NCBI RefSeq assembly: GCF_054482525.1
Contig: NZ_CM137006.1
Length of the DNA: 64,000 nucleotides
Strand: one strand, 5' to 3'
Shown: positions 1 through 13,547 of the stretch, in pieces
How the letters are laid out: each line of letters opens with the position of its first letter
Position numbering within the stretch: the first letter of the stretch is position 1
Made by a program: the position numbers and the translations under genes
The notes under the pieces: model-generated
The model's database searches: none
What the model saw: the letters and a program-made list of their open reading frames with translations, nothing else
What the model was told of the DNA's origin: nothing

Positions 1-1325
<1,325 letters not shown>

Positions 1326-1349
1326 TAAACTGTAGCAGGAAGGAACAGC

Positions 1350-4022
1350 ATGACAGATGTAACGATTAAAACGCTGGCCGCAGAGCGACAGACCTCCGTG
1401 GAACGCCTGGTACAGCAATTTGCTGATGCAGGTATCCGGAAGTCTGCTGACGACTCTGTGTCCGCACAAGAGAAACAGACTTTGATTGACCACCTGAATC
1501 AGAAAAATTCAGGCCCGGACAAATTGACGCTGCAACGTAAAACACGCAGCACCCTTAACATTCCTGGTACCGGTGGAAAAAGCAAATCGGTACAAATCGA
1601 AGTCCGCAAGAAACGCACCTTTGTGAAACGCGATCCGCAAGAGGCTGAACGCCTTGCTGCGGAAGAGCAAGCGCAGCGTGAAGCGGAAGAGCAAGCCCGT
1701 CGTGAGGCAGAAGAATCGGCTAAACGCGAGGCGCAACAAAAAGCTGAACGTGAGGCCGCAGAACAAGCTAAGCGTGAAGCTGCTGAACAAGCGAAACGTG
1801 AAGCTGCGGAAAAAGACAAAGTGAGCAATCAACAAGACGATATGACTAAAAACGCCCAGGCTGAAAAAGCCCGCCGTGAGCAGGAAGCTGCAGAGCTCAA
1901 GCGTAAAGCCGAAGAAGAAGCGCGTCGTAAACTCGAAGAAGAAGCACGTCGCGTTGCTGAAGAAGCACGTCGTATGGCGGAAGAAAACAAATGGACTGAT
2001 AACGCGGAACCGACTGAAGATTCCAGCGATTATCACGTCACTACTTCTCAACATGCTCGCCAGGCAGAAGACGAAAGCGATCGTGAAGTCGAAGGCGGCC
2101 GTGGCCGTGGTCGTAACGCGAAAGCTGCGCGTCCGAAGAAAGGCAACAAACACGCTGAATCAAAAGCTGATCGTGAAGAAGCACGCGCAGCAGTACGTGG
2201 CGGTAAGGGCGGAAAACGTAAAGGTTCTTCGCTGCAGCAAGGCTTCCAGAAGCCTGCTCAGGCCGTTAACCGTGACGTTGTGATCGGCGAAACCATCACC
2301 GTTGGCGAACTGGCGAACAAGATGGCGGTTAAAGGCTCTCAGGTCATCAAAGCGATGATGAAACTGGGCGCAATGGCAACCATCAACCAGGTTATCGATC
2401 AGGAAACCGCACAGCTGGTTGCTGAAGAGATGGGCCACAAAGTTATCCTGCGTCGTGAAAACGAGCTGGAAGAAGCGGTAATGAGCGACCGTGACACGGG
2501 TGCAGCGGCTGAACCGCGTGCGCCGGTTGTGACCATCATGGGTCACGTTGACCACGGTAAAACCTCTCTGCTGGACTACATTCGTTCAACGAAAGTGGCC
2601 TCTGGCGAAGCGGGCGGCATTACCCAGCACATTGGTGCATACCACGTTGAAACTGAAAACGGCATGATCACCTTCCTGGACACCCCGGGGCACGCCGCGT
2701 TTACTTCAATGCGTGCTCGTGGTGCGCAGGCAACGGACATCGTAGTCCTGGTTGTTGCTGCCGACGACGGCGTAATGCCGCAGACCATCGAAGCAATCCA
2801 GCACGCGAAAGCGGCGCAGGTTCCGGTGGTGGTTGCAGTGAACAAGATCGATAAACCAGAAGCCGATCCGGATCGCGTTAAGAACGAACTCTCCCAGTAC
2901 GGCATCCTGCCGGAAGAGTGGGGCGGTGAAAGCCAGTTCGTACATGTGTCTGCGAAAGCGGGTACTGGTATCGATGAGCTGCTGGACGCTATCCTGCTGC
3001 AGGCGGAAGTTCTGGAACTGAAAGCGGTACGTAAAGGTATGGCGAGCGGTGCGGTTATCGAATCCTTCCTCGATAAAGGTCGTGGTCCGGTTGCTACCGT
3101 TCTGGTACGTGAAGGTACTCTGCACAAGGGCGATATCGTTCTGTGTGGCTTCGAATACGGTCGTGTTCGTGCGATGCGTAACGAACTGGGTCAGGAAGTG
3201 CTGGAAGCGGGTCCGTCCATTCCGGTGGAAATCCTCGGCCTGTCCGGCGTTCCGGCTGCGGGTGATGAAGTTACCGTTGTACGTGACGAGAAGAAAGCGC
3301 GTGAAGTTGCACTCTATCGTCAGGGTAAATTCCGCGAAGTTAAACTGGCACGTCAGCAGAAATCTAAACTCGAGAACATGTTCGCCAATATGACCGAAGG
3401 CGAAGTTCACGAAGTGAACATCGTCCTGAAGGCAGACGTACAGGGTTCCGTGGAAGCTATCTCCGACTCCTTGCTGAAACTGTCTACTGACGAAGTTAAA
3501 GTGAAGATCATCGGTTCTGGCGTAGGTGGTATCACCGAAACCGACGCTACCCTGGCTGCGGCGTCCAACGCCATCCTGGTTGGCTTCAACGTACGTGCTG
3601 ATGCCTCTGCACGTAAAGTGATTGAAGCGGAAAGCCTGGATCTGCGTTACTACTCCGTCATCTATAACCTGATCGACGAAGTGAAAGCGGCAATGAGCGG
3701 TATGCTGTCTCCGGAACTGAAACAACAGATTATCGGTCTGGCGGAAGTTCGTGACGTATTCAAATCACCGAAATTTGGTGCCATCGCAGGTTGTATGGTT
3801 ACCGAAGGTGTGGTTAAACGTCACAACCCGATCCGCGTTCTGCGCGACAACGTGGTTATCTACGAAGGCGAGCTGGAGTCCCTGCGCCGCTTCAAAGATG
3901 ACGTTAACGAAGTCCGTAACGGTATGGAATGTGGTATCGGCGTTAAGAACTACAACGACGTCCGCACTGGCGATGTGATCGAAGTGTTCGAAATCATCGA
4001 AATCCAACGTACCATCGCTTAA
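1350..4022 (+). CDS. infB: Translation initiation factor IF-2
   Basis: 890-aa ORF; GTP-binding motifs ([17 protein letters not shown]); charged repetitive N-terminal region; position after nusA. Confidence 0.97.
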
Positions 4023-4035
4023 GGTTGTCTGGGTT

Positions 4036-4113
4036 GTAGGCCGGATAAGGCTTTTACGCCGTATCCGGCAGCCGTTGCCTGATGCGACGCTCGCGCGTCT
4101 TATCAGGCCTACA
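4036..4113. repeat. REP/BIME palindromic elements (two inverted REP units)
   Basis: gtaggccggataagg...gccgtatccggca and gcctgatgcgacgc...cttatcaggcctac palindromes in the infB-rbfA spacer. Confidence 0.8.
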
Positions 4114-4142
4114 CAGCCCTTTCCACCTGAGATTAATTTTAA

Positions 4143-4172
4143 AAGGGGCTATGGCCCCTTTTTTGTCAGGAG
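4143..4172 (+). terminator. GC hairpin plus T-run (attenuating terminator-like structure) just upstream of rbfA
   Basis: ggggctatggcccc followed by ttttttg; overlaps rbfA ribosome-binding region. Confidence 0.45.
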
Positions 4173-4180
4173 AATTTATT

Positions 4181-4582
4181 ATGGCGAAAGAATTTGGTCG
4201 CCCGCAGCGCGTAGCGCAGGAAATGCAAAAAGAGATCGCTCTCATCCTGCAGCGTGAAATTAAAGATCCTCGTCTGGGCATGATGACCACCGTTTCCGGT
4301 GTCGAAATGTCTCGCGACCTGGCGTATGCCAAAGTATATGTAACGTTCCTCAACGACAAAGATGAAGACGCGGTTAAAGCGGGCATCAAAGCGTTGCAGG
4401 AAGCTTCTGGTTTCATCCGCAGCCTGCTGGGGAAAGCGATGCGCCTGCGTATCGTGCCGGAACTGACCTTCTTCTACGACAACTCGCTGGTTGAAGGGAT
4501 GCGCATGTCAAACCTGGTGACCAGCGTGGTCAAACATGACGAAGAACGTCGTGTTAACCCGGACGACAGCAAGGAGGACTAA
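4181..4582 (+). CDS. rbfA: Ribosome-binding factor A (30S maturation)
   Basis: [20 protein letters not shown]... 133 aa; start chosen at ATG 4181 preceded by AGGAG rather than the longer track ORF from 4082. Confidence 0.93.
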
Positions 4583-5526
4583 TGAGTCGTCCTCGTCGTC
4601 GCGGTCGCGACATTAACGGCGTTTTGTTGCTGGATAAACCGCAGGGTATGTCCAGCAATGATGCGCTGCAAAAAGTGAAACGGATTTATAACGCCAACCG
4701 TGCCGGGCATACCGGTGCGCTGGACCCGCTGGCAACTGGCATGTTGCCAATTTGCCTCGGGGAAGCGACGAAGTTTTCCCAGTATCTGCTGGACTCCGAC
4801 AAACGTTATCGGGTGATTGCGCGTCTTGGACAGCGTACCGATACGTCTGACGCCGATGGACAAATCGTTGAAGAACGTCCGGTAACCTTTAGCGCAGAGC
4901 AACTGGCGGCGGCACTGGATACTTTCCGTGGCGATATCGAACAGATCCCATCGATGTATTCAGCACTGAAATACCAAGGCAAAAAACTGTACGAATATGC
5001 GCGTCAGGGCATTGAAGTACCGCGTGAAGCGCGCCCGATTACCGTTTATGAATTGCTGTTTATTCGCCACGAAGGCAATGAGCTGGAGCTGGAAATTCAC
5101 TGCTCAAAAGGCACTTATATCCGCACCATCATTGATGACCTGGGTGAAAAACTCGGTTGTGGCGCGCATGTTATTTACCTGCGTCGTCTGGCGGTAAGTA
5201 AATATCCGGTTGAACGGATGGTGACCCTGGAACATCTGCGTGAACTGGTTGAACAAGCCGAACAGCAGGATATTCCAGCCGCGGAGTTACTTGATCCATT
5301 ACTGATGCCAATGGACAGTCCAGCTTCGGACTACCCGGTGGTGAATCTTCCGTTAACGTCTTCTGTTTACTTCAAAAATGGTAACCCGGTTCGTACATCC
5401 GGTGCGCCGCTGGAAGGACTGGTTCGCGTTACAGAAGGTGAGAACGGCAAGTTTATCGGTATGGGCGAAATTGACGATGAAGGCCGCGTCGCGCCTCGTC
5501 GCCTGGTGGTTGAATACCCGGCGTAA
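4582..5526 (+). CDS. truB: tRNA pseudouridine(55) synthase
   Basis: 314-aa ORF, TruB family motifs ([12 protein letters not shown]); 1-nt overlap with rbfA stop. Confidence 0.96.
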
Positions 5527-5578
5527 TGTTAACCGTCTTGCGATAACAGGTCGCTACGAGTAGAATACTGCCGCTTAA

Positions 5579-5944
<366 letters not shown>

Positions 5945-5960
5945 TTCTTGCGAGTTTCAG

Positions 5961-5990
5961 AAAAGGGGGCCTGAGTGGCCCCTTTTTTCA
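5961..5990 (+). terminator. Rho-independent terminator after rpsO
   Basis: aaaagggggcctgagtggcccc followed by tttttt. Confidence 0.85.
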
Positions 5991-6190
5991 AGCTGACGGC
6001 AGCAATTCACTGGAAACTAATGTATTGTTGCTATGAATGATCTTCCGTTGCAGAGGTTCGCGCGGCTAATGAGAGGCTTTACCCACATTGGGCTGGGTTA
6101 GGGTTGTCATTAGTCGCGAGGATGCGCAGAAGATCGGGTATTAACACCAGTGCCGTAAGGTACTGTCTAAGAAAGAGAAAGGATATTACA

Positions 6191-8326
6191 TTGCTTAATC
6201 CGATCGTTCGTAAATTCCAGTACGGCCAACACACCGTGACTCTGGAAACCGGCATGATGGCTCGTCAGGCTACTGCCGCTGTTATGGTTAGCATGGATGA
6301 CACCGCGGTATTCGTTACCGTTGTTGGCCAGAAAAAAGCCAAACCAGGTCAGGACTTCTTCCCACTGACCGTTAACTATCAGGAGCGTACCTACGCTGCT
6401 GGTCGTATCCCGGGTAGCTTCTTCCGTCGTGAAGGCCGCCCAAGCGAAGGCGAAACCCTGATCGCGCGTCTGATTGACCGCCCAATTCGCCCGCTGTTCC
6501 CGGAAGGCTTCGTCAACGAAGTTCAGGTTATCGCCACCGTGGTTTCTGTTAACCCGCAAGTTAACCCGGATATCGTCGCGATGATTGGTGCTTCCGCAGC
6601 ACTGTCTCTGTCTGGTATTCCGTTCAATGGTCCGATTGGTGCTGCCCGCGTAGGTTACATCAATGACCAGTACGTACTGAACCCGACTCAGGACGAGCTG
6701 AAAGAGAGCAAACTGGATCTGGTTGTTGCCGGTACTGAAGCCGCTGTACTGATGGTTGAATCTGAAGCTGAACTGCTGAGCGAAGACCAGATGTTGGGCG
6801 CAGTAGTGTTCGGTCATGAACAACAGCAGGTTGTCATTCAGAACATCAATGAACTGGTGAAAGAAGCCGGTAAACCGCGTTGGGACTGGCAGCCGGAGCC
6901 GGTAAACGAAGCGCTGAACGCGCGCGTTGCTGCACTGGCTGAAGCTCGTCTGAGCGATGCTTACCGCATCACCGACAAACAAGAGCGTTATGCGCAGGTT
7001 GATGTCATCAAATCTGAAACCATCGCGACGCTGCTTGCTGAAGATGAAACCCTGGACGAAAACGAACTGGGTGAAATTCTGCACGCTATCGAGAAAAACG
7101 TTGTTCGTAGCCGCGTACTGGCAGGCGAACCGCGTATCGACGGTCGTGAAAAAGATATGATTCGTGGTCTGGATGTGCGTACTGGCGTGCTGCCGCGTAC
7201 TCACGGTTCTGCGCTGTTCACCCGTGGTGAAACTCAGGCGCTGGTTACCGCAACGCTGGGTACTGCACGTGACGCGCAAGTTCTTGATGAACTAATGGGC
7301 GAACGTACTGACACCTTCCTGTTCCACTACAACTTCCCTCCGTACTCAGTAGGCGAAACCGGCATGGTCGGTTCTCCGAAGCGTCGTGAAATTGGTCACG
7401 GTCGTCTGGCGAAGCGCGGTGTGCTGGCAGTCATGCCGGATATGGACAAATTCCCGTACACCGTACGTGTTGTGTCTGAAATCACTGAATCCAACGGTTC
7501 CTCTTCTATGGCTTCCGTGTGCGGCGCGTCTCTGGCGCTGATGGACGCAGGTGTGCCAATCAAAGCTGCTGTTGCGGGTATCGCAATGGGTCTGGTGAAA
7601 GAAGGCGACAACTACGTTGTACTGTCTGACATTTTGGGCGACGAAGATCACCTGGGCGATATGGACTTCAAAGTTGCGGGTTCCCGCGACGGTATCTCTG
7701 CATTGCAGATGGATATCAAAATTGAAGGTATCACCAAAGAGATCATGCAGGTTGCGCTGAACCAGGCTAAAGGTGCGCGTCTGCATATCCTGGGCGTAAT
7801 GGAACAGGCGATCAACGCGCCGCGCGGCGATATCTCTGAGTTCGCTCCGCGTATCCATACCATCAAGATCAACCCGGACAAGATCAAAGACGTTATCGGT
7901 AAAGGCGGTTCTGTTATCCGTGCTCTGACCGAAGAAACTGGCACCACCATCGAAATCGAAGATGACGGTACTGTGAAGATCGCAGCGACCGACGGCGAGA
8001 AAGCGAAACATGCTATTCGTCGTATCGAAGAGATCACTGCAGAAATCGAAGTGGGCCGCGTCTACAATGGTAAAGTGACCCGTATCGTTGACTTTGGCGC
8101 ATTTGTTGCCATCGGCGGCGGTAAAGAAGGTCTGGTACACATCTCTCAGATCGCTGACAAACGCGTAGAGAAAGTGACCGATTACCTGCAGATGGGTCAG
8201 GAAGTACCGGTGAAAGTTCTGGAAGTTGATCGCCAGGGCCGTATCCGTCTGAGCATTAAAGAAGCGACTGAGCAGTCTCAACCTGCTGCAGCACCGGAAG
8301 CTCCGGCTGCTGAACAGGGCGAGTAA
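6191..8326 (+). CDS. pnp: Polynucleotide phosphorylase (PNPase), UUG start
   Basis: 711 aa from TTG at 6191 ([15 protein letters not shown]...); RNase PH, KH and S1 domains; track ORF from 6104 is an upstream in-frame extension. Confidence 0.95.
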   Translation: MLNPIVRKFQYGQHTVTLETGMMARQATAAVMVSMDDTAVFVTVVGQKKAKPGQDFFPLTVNYQERTYAAGRIPGSFFRREGRPSEGETLIARLIDRPIRPLFPEGFVNEVQVIATVVSVNPQVNPDIVAMIGASAALSLSGIPFNGPIGAARVGYINDQYVLNPTQDELKESKLDLVVAGTEAAVLMVESEAELLSEDQMLGAVVFGHEQQQVVIQNINELVKEAGKPRWDWQPEPVNEALNARVAALAEARLSDAYRITDKQERYAQVDVIKSETIATLLAEDETLDENELGEILHAIEKNVVRSRVLAGEPRIDGREKDMIRGLDVRTGVLPRTHGSALFTRGETQALVTATLGTARDAQVLDELMGERTDTFLFHYNFPPYSVGETGMVGSPKRREIGHGRLAKRGVLAVMPDMDKFPYTVRVVSEITESNGSSSMASVCGASLALMDAGVPIKAAVAGIAMGLVKEGDNYVVLSDILGDEDHLGDMDFKVAGSRDGISALQMDIKIEGITKEIMQVALNQAKGARLHILGVMEQAINAPRGDISEFAPRIHTIKINPDKIKDVIGKGGSVIRALTEETGTTIEIEDDGTVKIAATDGEKAKHAIRRIEEITAEIEVGRVYNGKVTRIVDFGAFVAIGGGKEGLVHISQIADKRVEKVTDYLQMGQEVPVKVLEVDRQGRIRLSIKEATEQSQPAAAPEAPAAEQGE

Positions 8327-8335
8327 GGTTGCCAT

Positions 8336-8365
8336 TTGCCCTCCGCTGCGGCGGGGGGCTTTTAA
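8336..8365 (+). terminator. Rho-independent terminator after pnp
   Basis: gccctccgctgcggcggggggc hairpin followed by tttt. Confidence 0.7.
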
Positions 8366-8434
8366 CCGGGCAGGACGCCTTGTTAGCAACCGGGAACAGG
8401 ACGTTCATTCAACCGTGGTCTTCGGGAGTGGGAA

Positions 8435-9319
8435 ATGAAGCCTTTTTTGCGCTGGTGTTTCGTTGCGACAGCACTTACGCTTGCAGGATGCAGTAATACT
8501 TCCTGGCGTAAAAGTGAAGTCCTCGCGGTACCATTGCAACCGACTTTACAGCAGGAAGTGATTCTGGCACGTATGGAACAAATCCTTGCCAGTCGGGCTT
8601 TAACCGATGACGAACGCGCACAGCTTTTATATGAGCGCGGAGTGTTGTATGATAGTCTCGGTCTGAGGGCATTAGCGCGTAACGATTTTTCGCAAGCGCT
8701 GGCAATCCGACCGGATATGCCTGAAGTATTCAATTACTTAGGCATATATTTAACGCAGGCAGGCAATTTTGATGCTGCCTATGAAGCGTTTGATTCTGTA
8801 CTTGAGCTTGATCCAACTTACAACTACGCGCACTTGAATCGCGGGATCGCATTATATTACGGCGGTCGTGATAAGTTAGCGCAAGATGATCTGCTGGCGT
8901 TTTATCAAGACGATCCCAATGATCCTTTCCGTAGTCTGTGGCTTTATCTCGCCGAGCAGAAGCTCGATGAGAAGCAGGCTAAAGAAGTGTTGAAACAGCA
9001 CTTCGAAAAATCGGATAAGGAACAGTGGGGATGGAACATTGTCGAGTTCTACCTGGGCAACATTAGCGAACAAACGTTAATGGAAAGGCTCAAGGCGGAC
9101 GCAACGGATAACACCTCGCTCGCTGAGCATCTCAGTGAAACCAACTTCTATTTAGGTAAGTACTACCTAAGTCTGGGGGATTTGGACAGCGCCACGGCAC
9201 TGTTCAAACTGGCGGTTGCCAACAACGTTCATAACTTTGTTGAGCACCGATACGCATTGTTGGAATTATCGCTCCTGGGCCAGGACCAAGATGACCTGGC
9301 AGAATCGGACCAGCAATAG
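8435..9319 (+). CDS. nlpI: Lipoprotein NlpI (TPR repeats)
   Basis: 294 aa; lipobox LTLAGC in signal peptide; TPR-like repeats. Confidence 0.95.
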
Positions 9320-9425
9320 CTGACGTACACATCAGCCCGTAATCTTTTTTGATTGCCATCACCTTAACGGGTGAGGGCGTTGTTGTTCGTTAATACACCT
9401 ACTTTGAGCCGGTTCACACTTTTCA

Positions 9426-9506
9426 ATGAAAATTGCTGATCAATTTCATGATGAGTTATGTAGACTGGCCGCCATTAATTTTGAGGCACACGTACTACAT
9501 GGCTGA
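9426..9506 (+). CDS. yrbN: Small protein YrbN (26 aa)
   Basis: atg aaa att gct gat caa ttt... translates [26 protein letters not shown]; stop overlaps deaD start. Confidence 0.5.
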
Positions 9507-11400
9507 ATTCGAAACCACTTTTGCAGATCTGGGCCTGAAGGCTCCTATCCTTGAAGCCCTTAACGATCTGGGTTACGAAAAACCATCTCCAATTCAGGCA
9601 GAGTGTATTCCACATCTGCTGAATGGCCGCGACGTTCTGGGTATGGCCCAGACGGGGAGCGGAAAAACTGCAGCATTCTCTTTACCTCTGCTGCAGAATC
9701 TTGATCCTGAGCTGAAAGCACCACAGATTCTGGTGTTGGCACCGACCCGCGAACTGGCGGTACAGGTTGCTGAGGCAATGACGGATTTCTCTAAACACAT
9801 GCGCGGCGTAAACGTGGTTGCCCTGTACGGCGGCCAGCGTTATGACGTGCAATTACGCGCCCTGCGTCAGGGGCCGCAGATCGTTGTCGGTACTCCGGGC
9901 CGTCTGCTGGATCACCTGAAACGTGGCACTCTGGACCTTTCTAAACTGAGCGGTCTGGTTCTGGATGAAGCTGACGAAATGCTGCGCATGGGCTTCATCG
10001 AAGACGTTGAAACCATTATGGCGCAGATCCCGGAAGGTCATCAGACCGCTCTGTTCTCTGCAACCATGCCGGAAGCGATTCGTCGCATTACCCGCCGCTT
10101 TATGAAAGAGCCGCAGGAAGTGCGCATTCAGTCCAGCGTGACTACCCGTCCTGACATCAGCCAGAGCTACTGGACCGTCTGGGGTATGCGTAAAAACGAA
10201 GCACTGGTACGTTTCCTGGAAGCGGAAGATTTTGATGCGGCGATTATCTTCGTTCGTACCAAAAACGCGACTCTGGAAGTGGCAGAAGCTCTTGAGCGTA
10301 ACGGCTACAATAGCGCCGCGCTGAACGGTGACATGAACCAGGCGCTGCGTGAGCAGACACTGGAACGACTGAAAGATGGTCGTCTGGACATCCTGATTGC
10401 GACCGACGTTGCGGCCCGTGGCCTGGACGTTGAGCGTATCAGCCTGGTAGTTAACTACGATATCCCGATGGATTCTGAGTCTTACGTTCACCGTATCGGT
10501 CGTACCGGTCGTGCGGGCCGTGCTGGCCGTGCGCTGCTGTTCGTTGAGAACCGTGAGCGTCGTCTGCTGCGTAACATTGAACGCACCATGAAGCTGACCA
10601 TTCCGGAAGTTGAACTGCCGAACGCAGAACTGCTGGGCAAACGTCGTCTGGAAAAATTCGCCGCTAAAGTACAGCAGCAGCTGGAAAGCAGCGATCTGGA
10701 TCAATACCGTGCACTGCTGAGCAAAATTCAGCCGACTGCCGAAGGCGAAGAGCTGGATCTCGAAACTCTGGCCGCCGCACTGCTGAAAATGGCACAGGGT
10801 GAACGTACTCTGATTGTTCCGCCAGATGCGCCGATGCGTCCGAAACGTGAATTCCGTGACCGTGATGACCGTGGTCCGCGCGATCGTAACGACCGTGGCC
10901 CGCGTGGTGACCGTGAAGATCGTCCGCGTCGTGAACGTCGTGATGTTGGCGATATGCAGCTGTACCGCATTGAAGTGGGCCGCGATGATGGTGTTGAAGT
11001 TCGTCATATCGTTGGCGCGATTGCTAACGAAGGCGACATCAGCAGCCGTTACATCGGTAACATCAAGCTGTTTGCTTCTCACTCCACCATCGAACTGCCG
11101 AAAGGTATGCCGGGTGAAGTGCTGCAACACTTTACGCGTACTCGCATTCTCAACAAGCCGATGAACATGCAGTTACTGGGCGATGCACAGCCGCATACTG
11201 GCGGTGAGCGTCGTGGCGGTGGTCGTGGTTTCGGTGGCGAACGTCGTGAAGGTGGTCGTGAAGGCGGTCGTAACTTCAGCGGTGAACGCCGTGAAGGTGG
11301 TCGTGGTGATGGTCGTCGTTTTAGCGGCGAACGTCGTGAAGGCCGCGCTCCGCGTCGTGATGACTCTACCGGTCGTCGTCGTTTCGGTGGTGATGCGTAA
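9499..11400 (+). CDS. deaD: ATP-dependent DEAD-box RNA helicase DeaD/CsdA
   Basis: [13 protein letters not shown]...; motifs [25 protein letters not shown]; Arg/Gly-rich repetitive C-terminus; start at ATG 9499. Confidence 0.95.
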
Positions 11401-11425
11401 TCATCGCTGAACAGCGAACACAATC

Positions 11426-11502
11426 TGTAAAATAATATATACAGCCCCGATTTGTACCATCGGGGCTTTTTTTCTGTCTTTTGTACTCGTGTACTGGTAC
11501 AG
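11426..11502 (+). promoter_or_regulatory. mtr promoter region with TyrR-box-like and TrpR-operator-like palindromes
   Basis: tgtaaaataatatataca (TGTAAA-N6-TATACA) and tgtactcgtgtactggtacag upstream of mtr. Confidence 0.55.
11444..11473 (+). terminator. Rho-independent terminator after deaD
   Basis: gccccgatttgtaccatcggggc followed by tttttttc. Confidence 0.75.
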
Positions 11503-11553
11503 TGCAATGCATAACAACGCAGTCGCACTATTTTTCACTGGAGAGAAGCCCTC

Positions 11554-12798
11554 ATGGCAACACTAACCACCACCCAAACGTCACCGTCGCTGCTTGGCGG
11601 CGTGGTGATTATCGGCGGCACCATTATTGGCGCAGGGATGTTTTCTCTGCCTGTGGTCATGTCCGGGGCGTGGTTCTTCTGGTCAATGGCGGCGCTGATC
11701 TTTACCTGGTTCTGTATGCTGCATTCCGGCTTGATGATTCTGGAAGCTAACCTGAATTATCGAATCGGTTCTAGTTTTGACACCATCACCAAAGATTTGC
11801 TGGGCAAAGGCTGGAATGTAGTCAACGGCATTTCCATTGCCTTTGTGCTCTATATCCTGACTTACGCCTATATTTCTGCCAGCGGTTCGATTCTGCATCA
11901 CACCTTCGCGGAGATGTCGCTAAACGTCCCTGCACGGGCAGCTGGATTTGGTTTTGCACTGCTGGTAGCGTTCGTGGTGTGGTTGAGTACGAAAGCTGTC
12001 AGCCGGATGACAGCAATTGTGCTGGGGGCGAAAGTCATTACTTTCTTCCTCACCTTCGGCAGCCTGCTGGGGCATGTACAGCCTGCGACATTGTTCAACG
12101 TCGCCGAAAGCAATGCGTCTTATGCGCCGTATCTGCTGATGACACTGCCATTCTGTCTGGCATCGTTTGGTTATCACGGTAACGTGCCGAGCCTGATGAA
12201 GTATTACGGCAAAGATCCGAAAACCATCGTGAAATGCCTGGTGTACGGTACGCTGATGGCGCTGGCGCTGTATACCATCTGGTTGCTGGCGACGATGGGC
12301 AACATCCCTCGTCCGGAGTTTATCGGCATCGCCGAGAAGGGCGGTAACATTGATGTGCTGGTACAGGCATTAAGCGGCGTGCTGAACAGCCGTAGCCTGG
12401 ATCTGCTGCTGGTCGTGTTCTCAAACTTTGCGGTAGCAAGTTCGTTCCTTGGCGTAACGCTGGGTTTGTTTGACTATCTGGCAGATCTGTTTGGTTTCGA
12501 TGACTCGGCTATGGGCCGCTTGAAAACAGCATTGTTGACCTTTGCACCGCCTGTTGTGGGTGGTCTGCTGTTCCCGAATGGATTCCTGTACGCCATTGGC
12601 TATGCTGGCTTAGCAGCTACCATCTGGGCGGCAATTGTACCGGCGCTGTTGGCCCGCGCATCGCGTAAACGCTTTGGCAGCCCGAAATTCCGCGTCTGGG
12701 GCGGTAAGCCGATGATTGCGCTGATTCTGGTGTTTGGCGTCGGCAACGCACTGGTGCATATTTTATCGAGCTTTAATTTGCTGCCGGTGTATCAGTAA
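11554..12798 (+). CDS. mtr: Tryptophan-specific permease Mtr
   Basis: 414-aa polytopic membrane protein, aromatic amino acid permease family. Confidence 0.95.
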   Translation: MATLTTTQTSPSLLGGVVIIGGTIIGAGMFSLPVVMSGAWFFWSMAALIFTWFCMLHSGLMILEANLNYRIGSSFDTITKDLLGKGWNVVNGISIAFVLYILTYAYISASGSILHHTFAEMSLNVPARAAGFGFALLVAFVVWLSTKAVSRMTAIVLGAKVITFFLTFGSLLGHVQPATLFNVAESNASYAPYLLMTLPFCLASFGYHGNVPSLMKYYGKDPKTIVKCLVYGTLMALALYTIWLLATMGNIPRPEFIGIAEKGGNIDVLVQALSGVLNSRSLDLLLVVFSNFAVASSFLGVTLGLFDYLADLFGFDDSAMGRLKTALLTFAPPVVGGLLFPNGFLYAIGYAGLAATIWAAIVPALLARASRKRFGSPKFRVWGGKPMIALILVFGVGNALVHILSSFNLLPVYQ

Positions 12799-12858
12799 TT
12801 GAACGAGCCGGATGAGCAGTTTTCATCCGGCAATAATTCACAAGTACACGAGATGGTA

Positions 12859-13389
12859 TCAAATAAACCCCTGTTTATTATAAAGTTCTTCAGCGAGAGT
12901 TTCCCCGTGCTCATCGAAAAAAGCATCGGCGATAGTTAAATTTTCTGCCTTAGGATTTGCCGTTATTTTGCTACCATTGGCATCAAATTCGAGCGCGATA
13001 GCGGTCTCCGAACCCCACCAGTAATAATAAATTAGCGCAAAATTATTTTCCCCTGGCGTAATAAACTTCTCGATTCTCCGCACACAGGCCATGAGTGGCA
13101 TGAAGATTTCATAGCTCTCTGAGAGAAATATGTGATCCATCGTGACTATCTGTGTTTCTTTATTAAAGTTGATATGTTCGGCATAAATATTCTTTTCACT
13201 TTCACCAGAATTACAAGCTGCAAGATTGTTAAGCATTTTTGCAGGATCGCCGTACAACCGCTGCTTCTCGATAAACCATGGTAACCAGTCGTCATAGTCT
13301 TTGATATTTGTTGCTGGTGAATGGAAAAACTTCTCGAGGTTACTCTCGGTAATATGTGCATGAAGAAAAAAGGAAGCCGGTTCACTCAT
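12859..13389 (-). CDS. Hypothetical protein, 176 aa, no recognisable motif (orphan ORF in AT-rich islet)
   Basis: Clean ATG-start ORF with plausible RBS; AT-rich codon usage unlike flanking genes; no signal peptide; not part of the K-12 gene order as I know it. Confidence 0.6.
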   Translation of the reverse strand: MSEPASFFLHAHITESNLEKFFHSPATNIKDYDDWLPWFIEKQRLYGDPAKMLNNLAACNSGESEKNIYAEHINFNKETQIVTMDHIFLSESYEIFMPLMACVRRIEKFITPGENNFALIYYYWWGSETAIALEFDANGSKITANPKAENLTIADAFFDEHGETLAEELYNKQGFI

Positions 13390-13547
13390 GATGATTTTCT
13401 CTGGTAATAAGTCGATTTGTTCATTTCTCTGTTTGGTGATGATAAAACGATGACTATTTTATAAAAGTACAGAACTGGACCTTTCATCTATTTCATATCA
13501 TAAGAAAATATATACAAGAACTGGCTCAGAATAAGCGGAATACGAAA

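Noticed and set aside
1509-2153. Minus-strand ORFs (214 aa, 109 aa) and plus-strand 135-aa ORF over the infB 5' region
   Set aside because: Generated by the charged repetitive coding repeats of the infB N-terminus
2706-3725. 339-aa minus-strand ORF inside infB
   Set aside because: Antisense shadow ORF
4082-4180. Longer rbfA start (track ORF from 4082)
   Set aside because: The extension reads through REP and hairpin sequence; ATG 4181 has an AGGAG RBS and gives the conserved MAKEFG N-terminus
6104-6190. Longer pnp start (track ORF from 6104)
   Set aside because: The conserved PNPase N-terminus ([11 protein letters not shown]) begins at TTG 6191; the upstream in-frame stretch is leader RNA
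6167-8389. Large minus-strand ORFs (370 aa, 347 aa, 129 aa) inside pnp
   Set aside because: Antisense shadow ORFs
9853-11528. Minus-strand 425-aa and 149-aa ORFs and plus-strand 75/116-aa ORFs over deaD
   Set aside because: Antisense or off-frame artefacts of the repetitive Arg/Gly-coding 3' region
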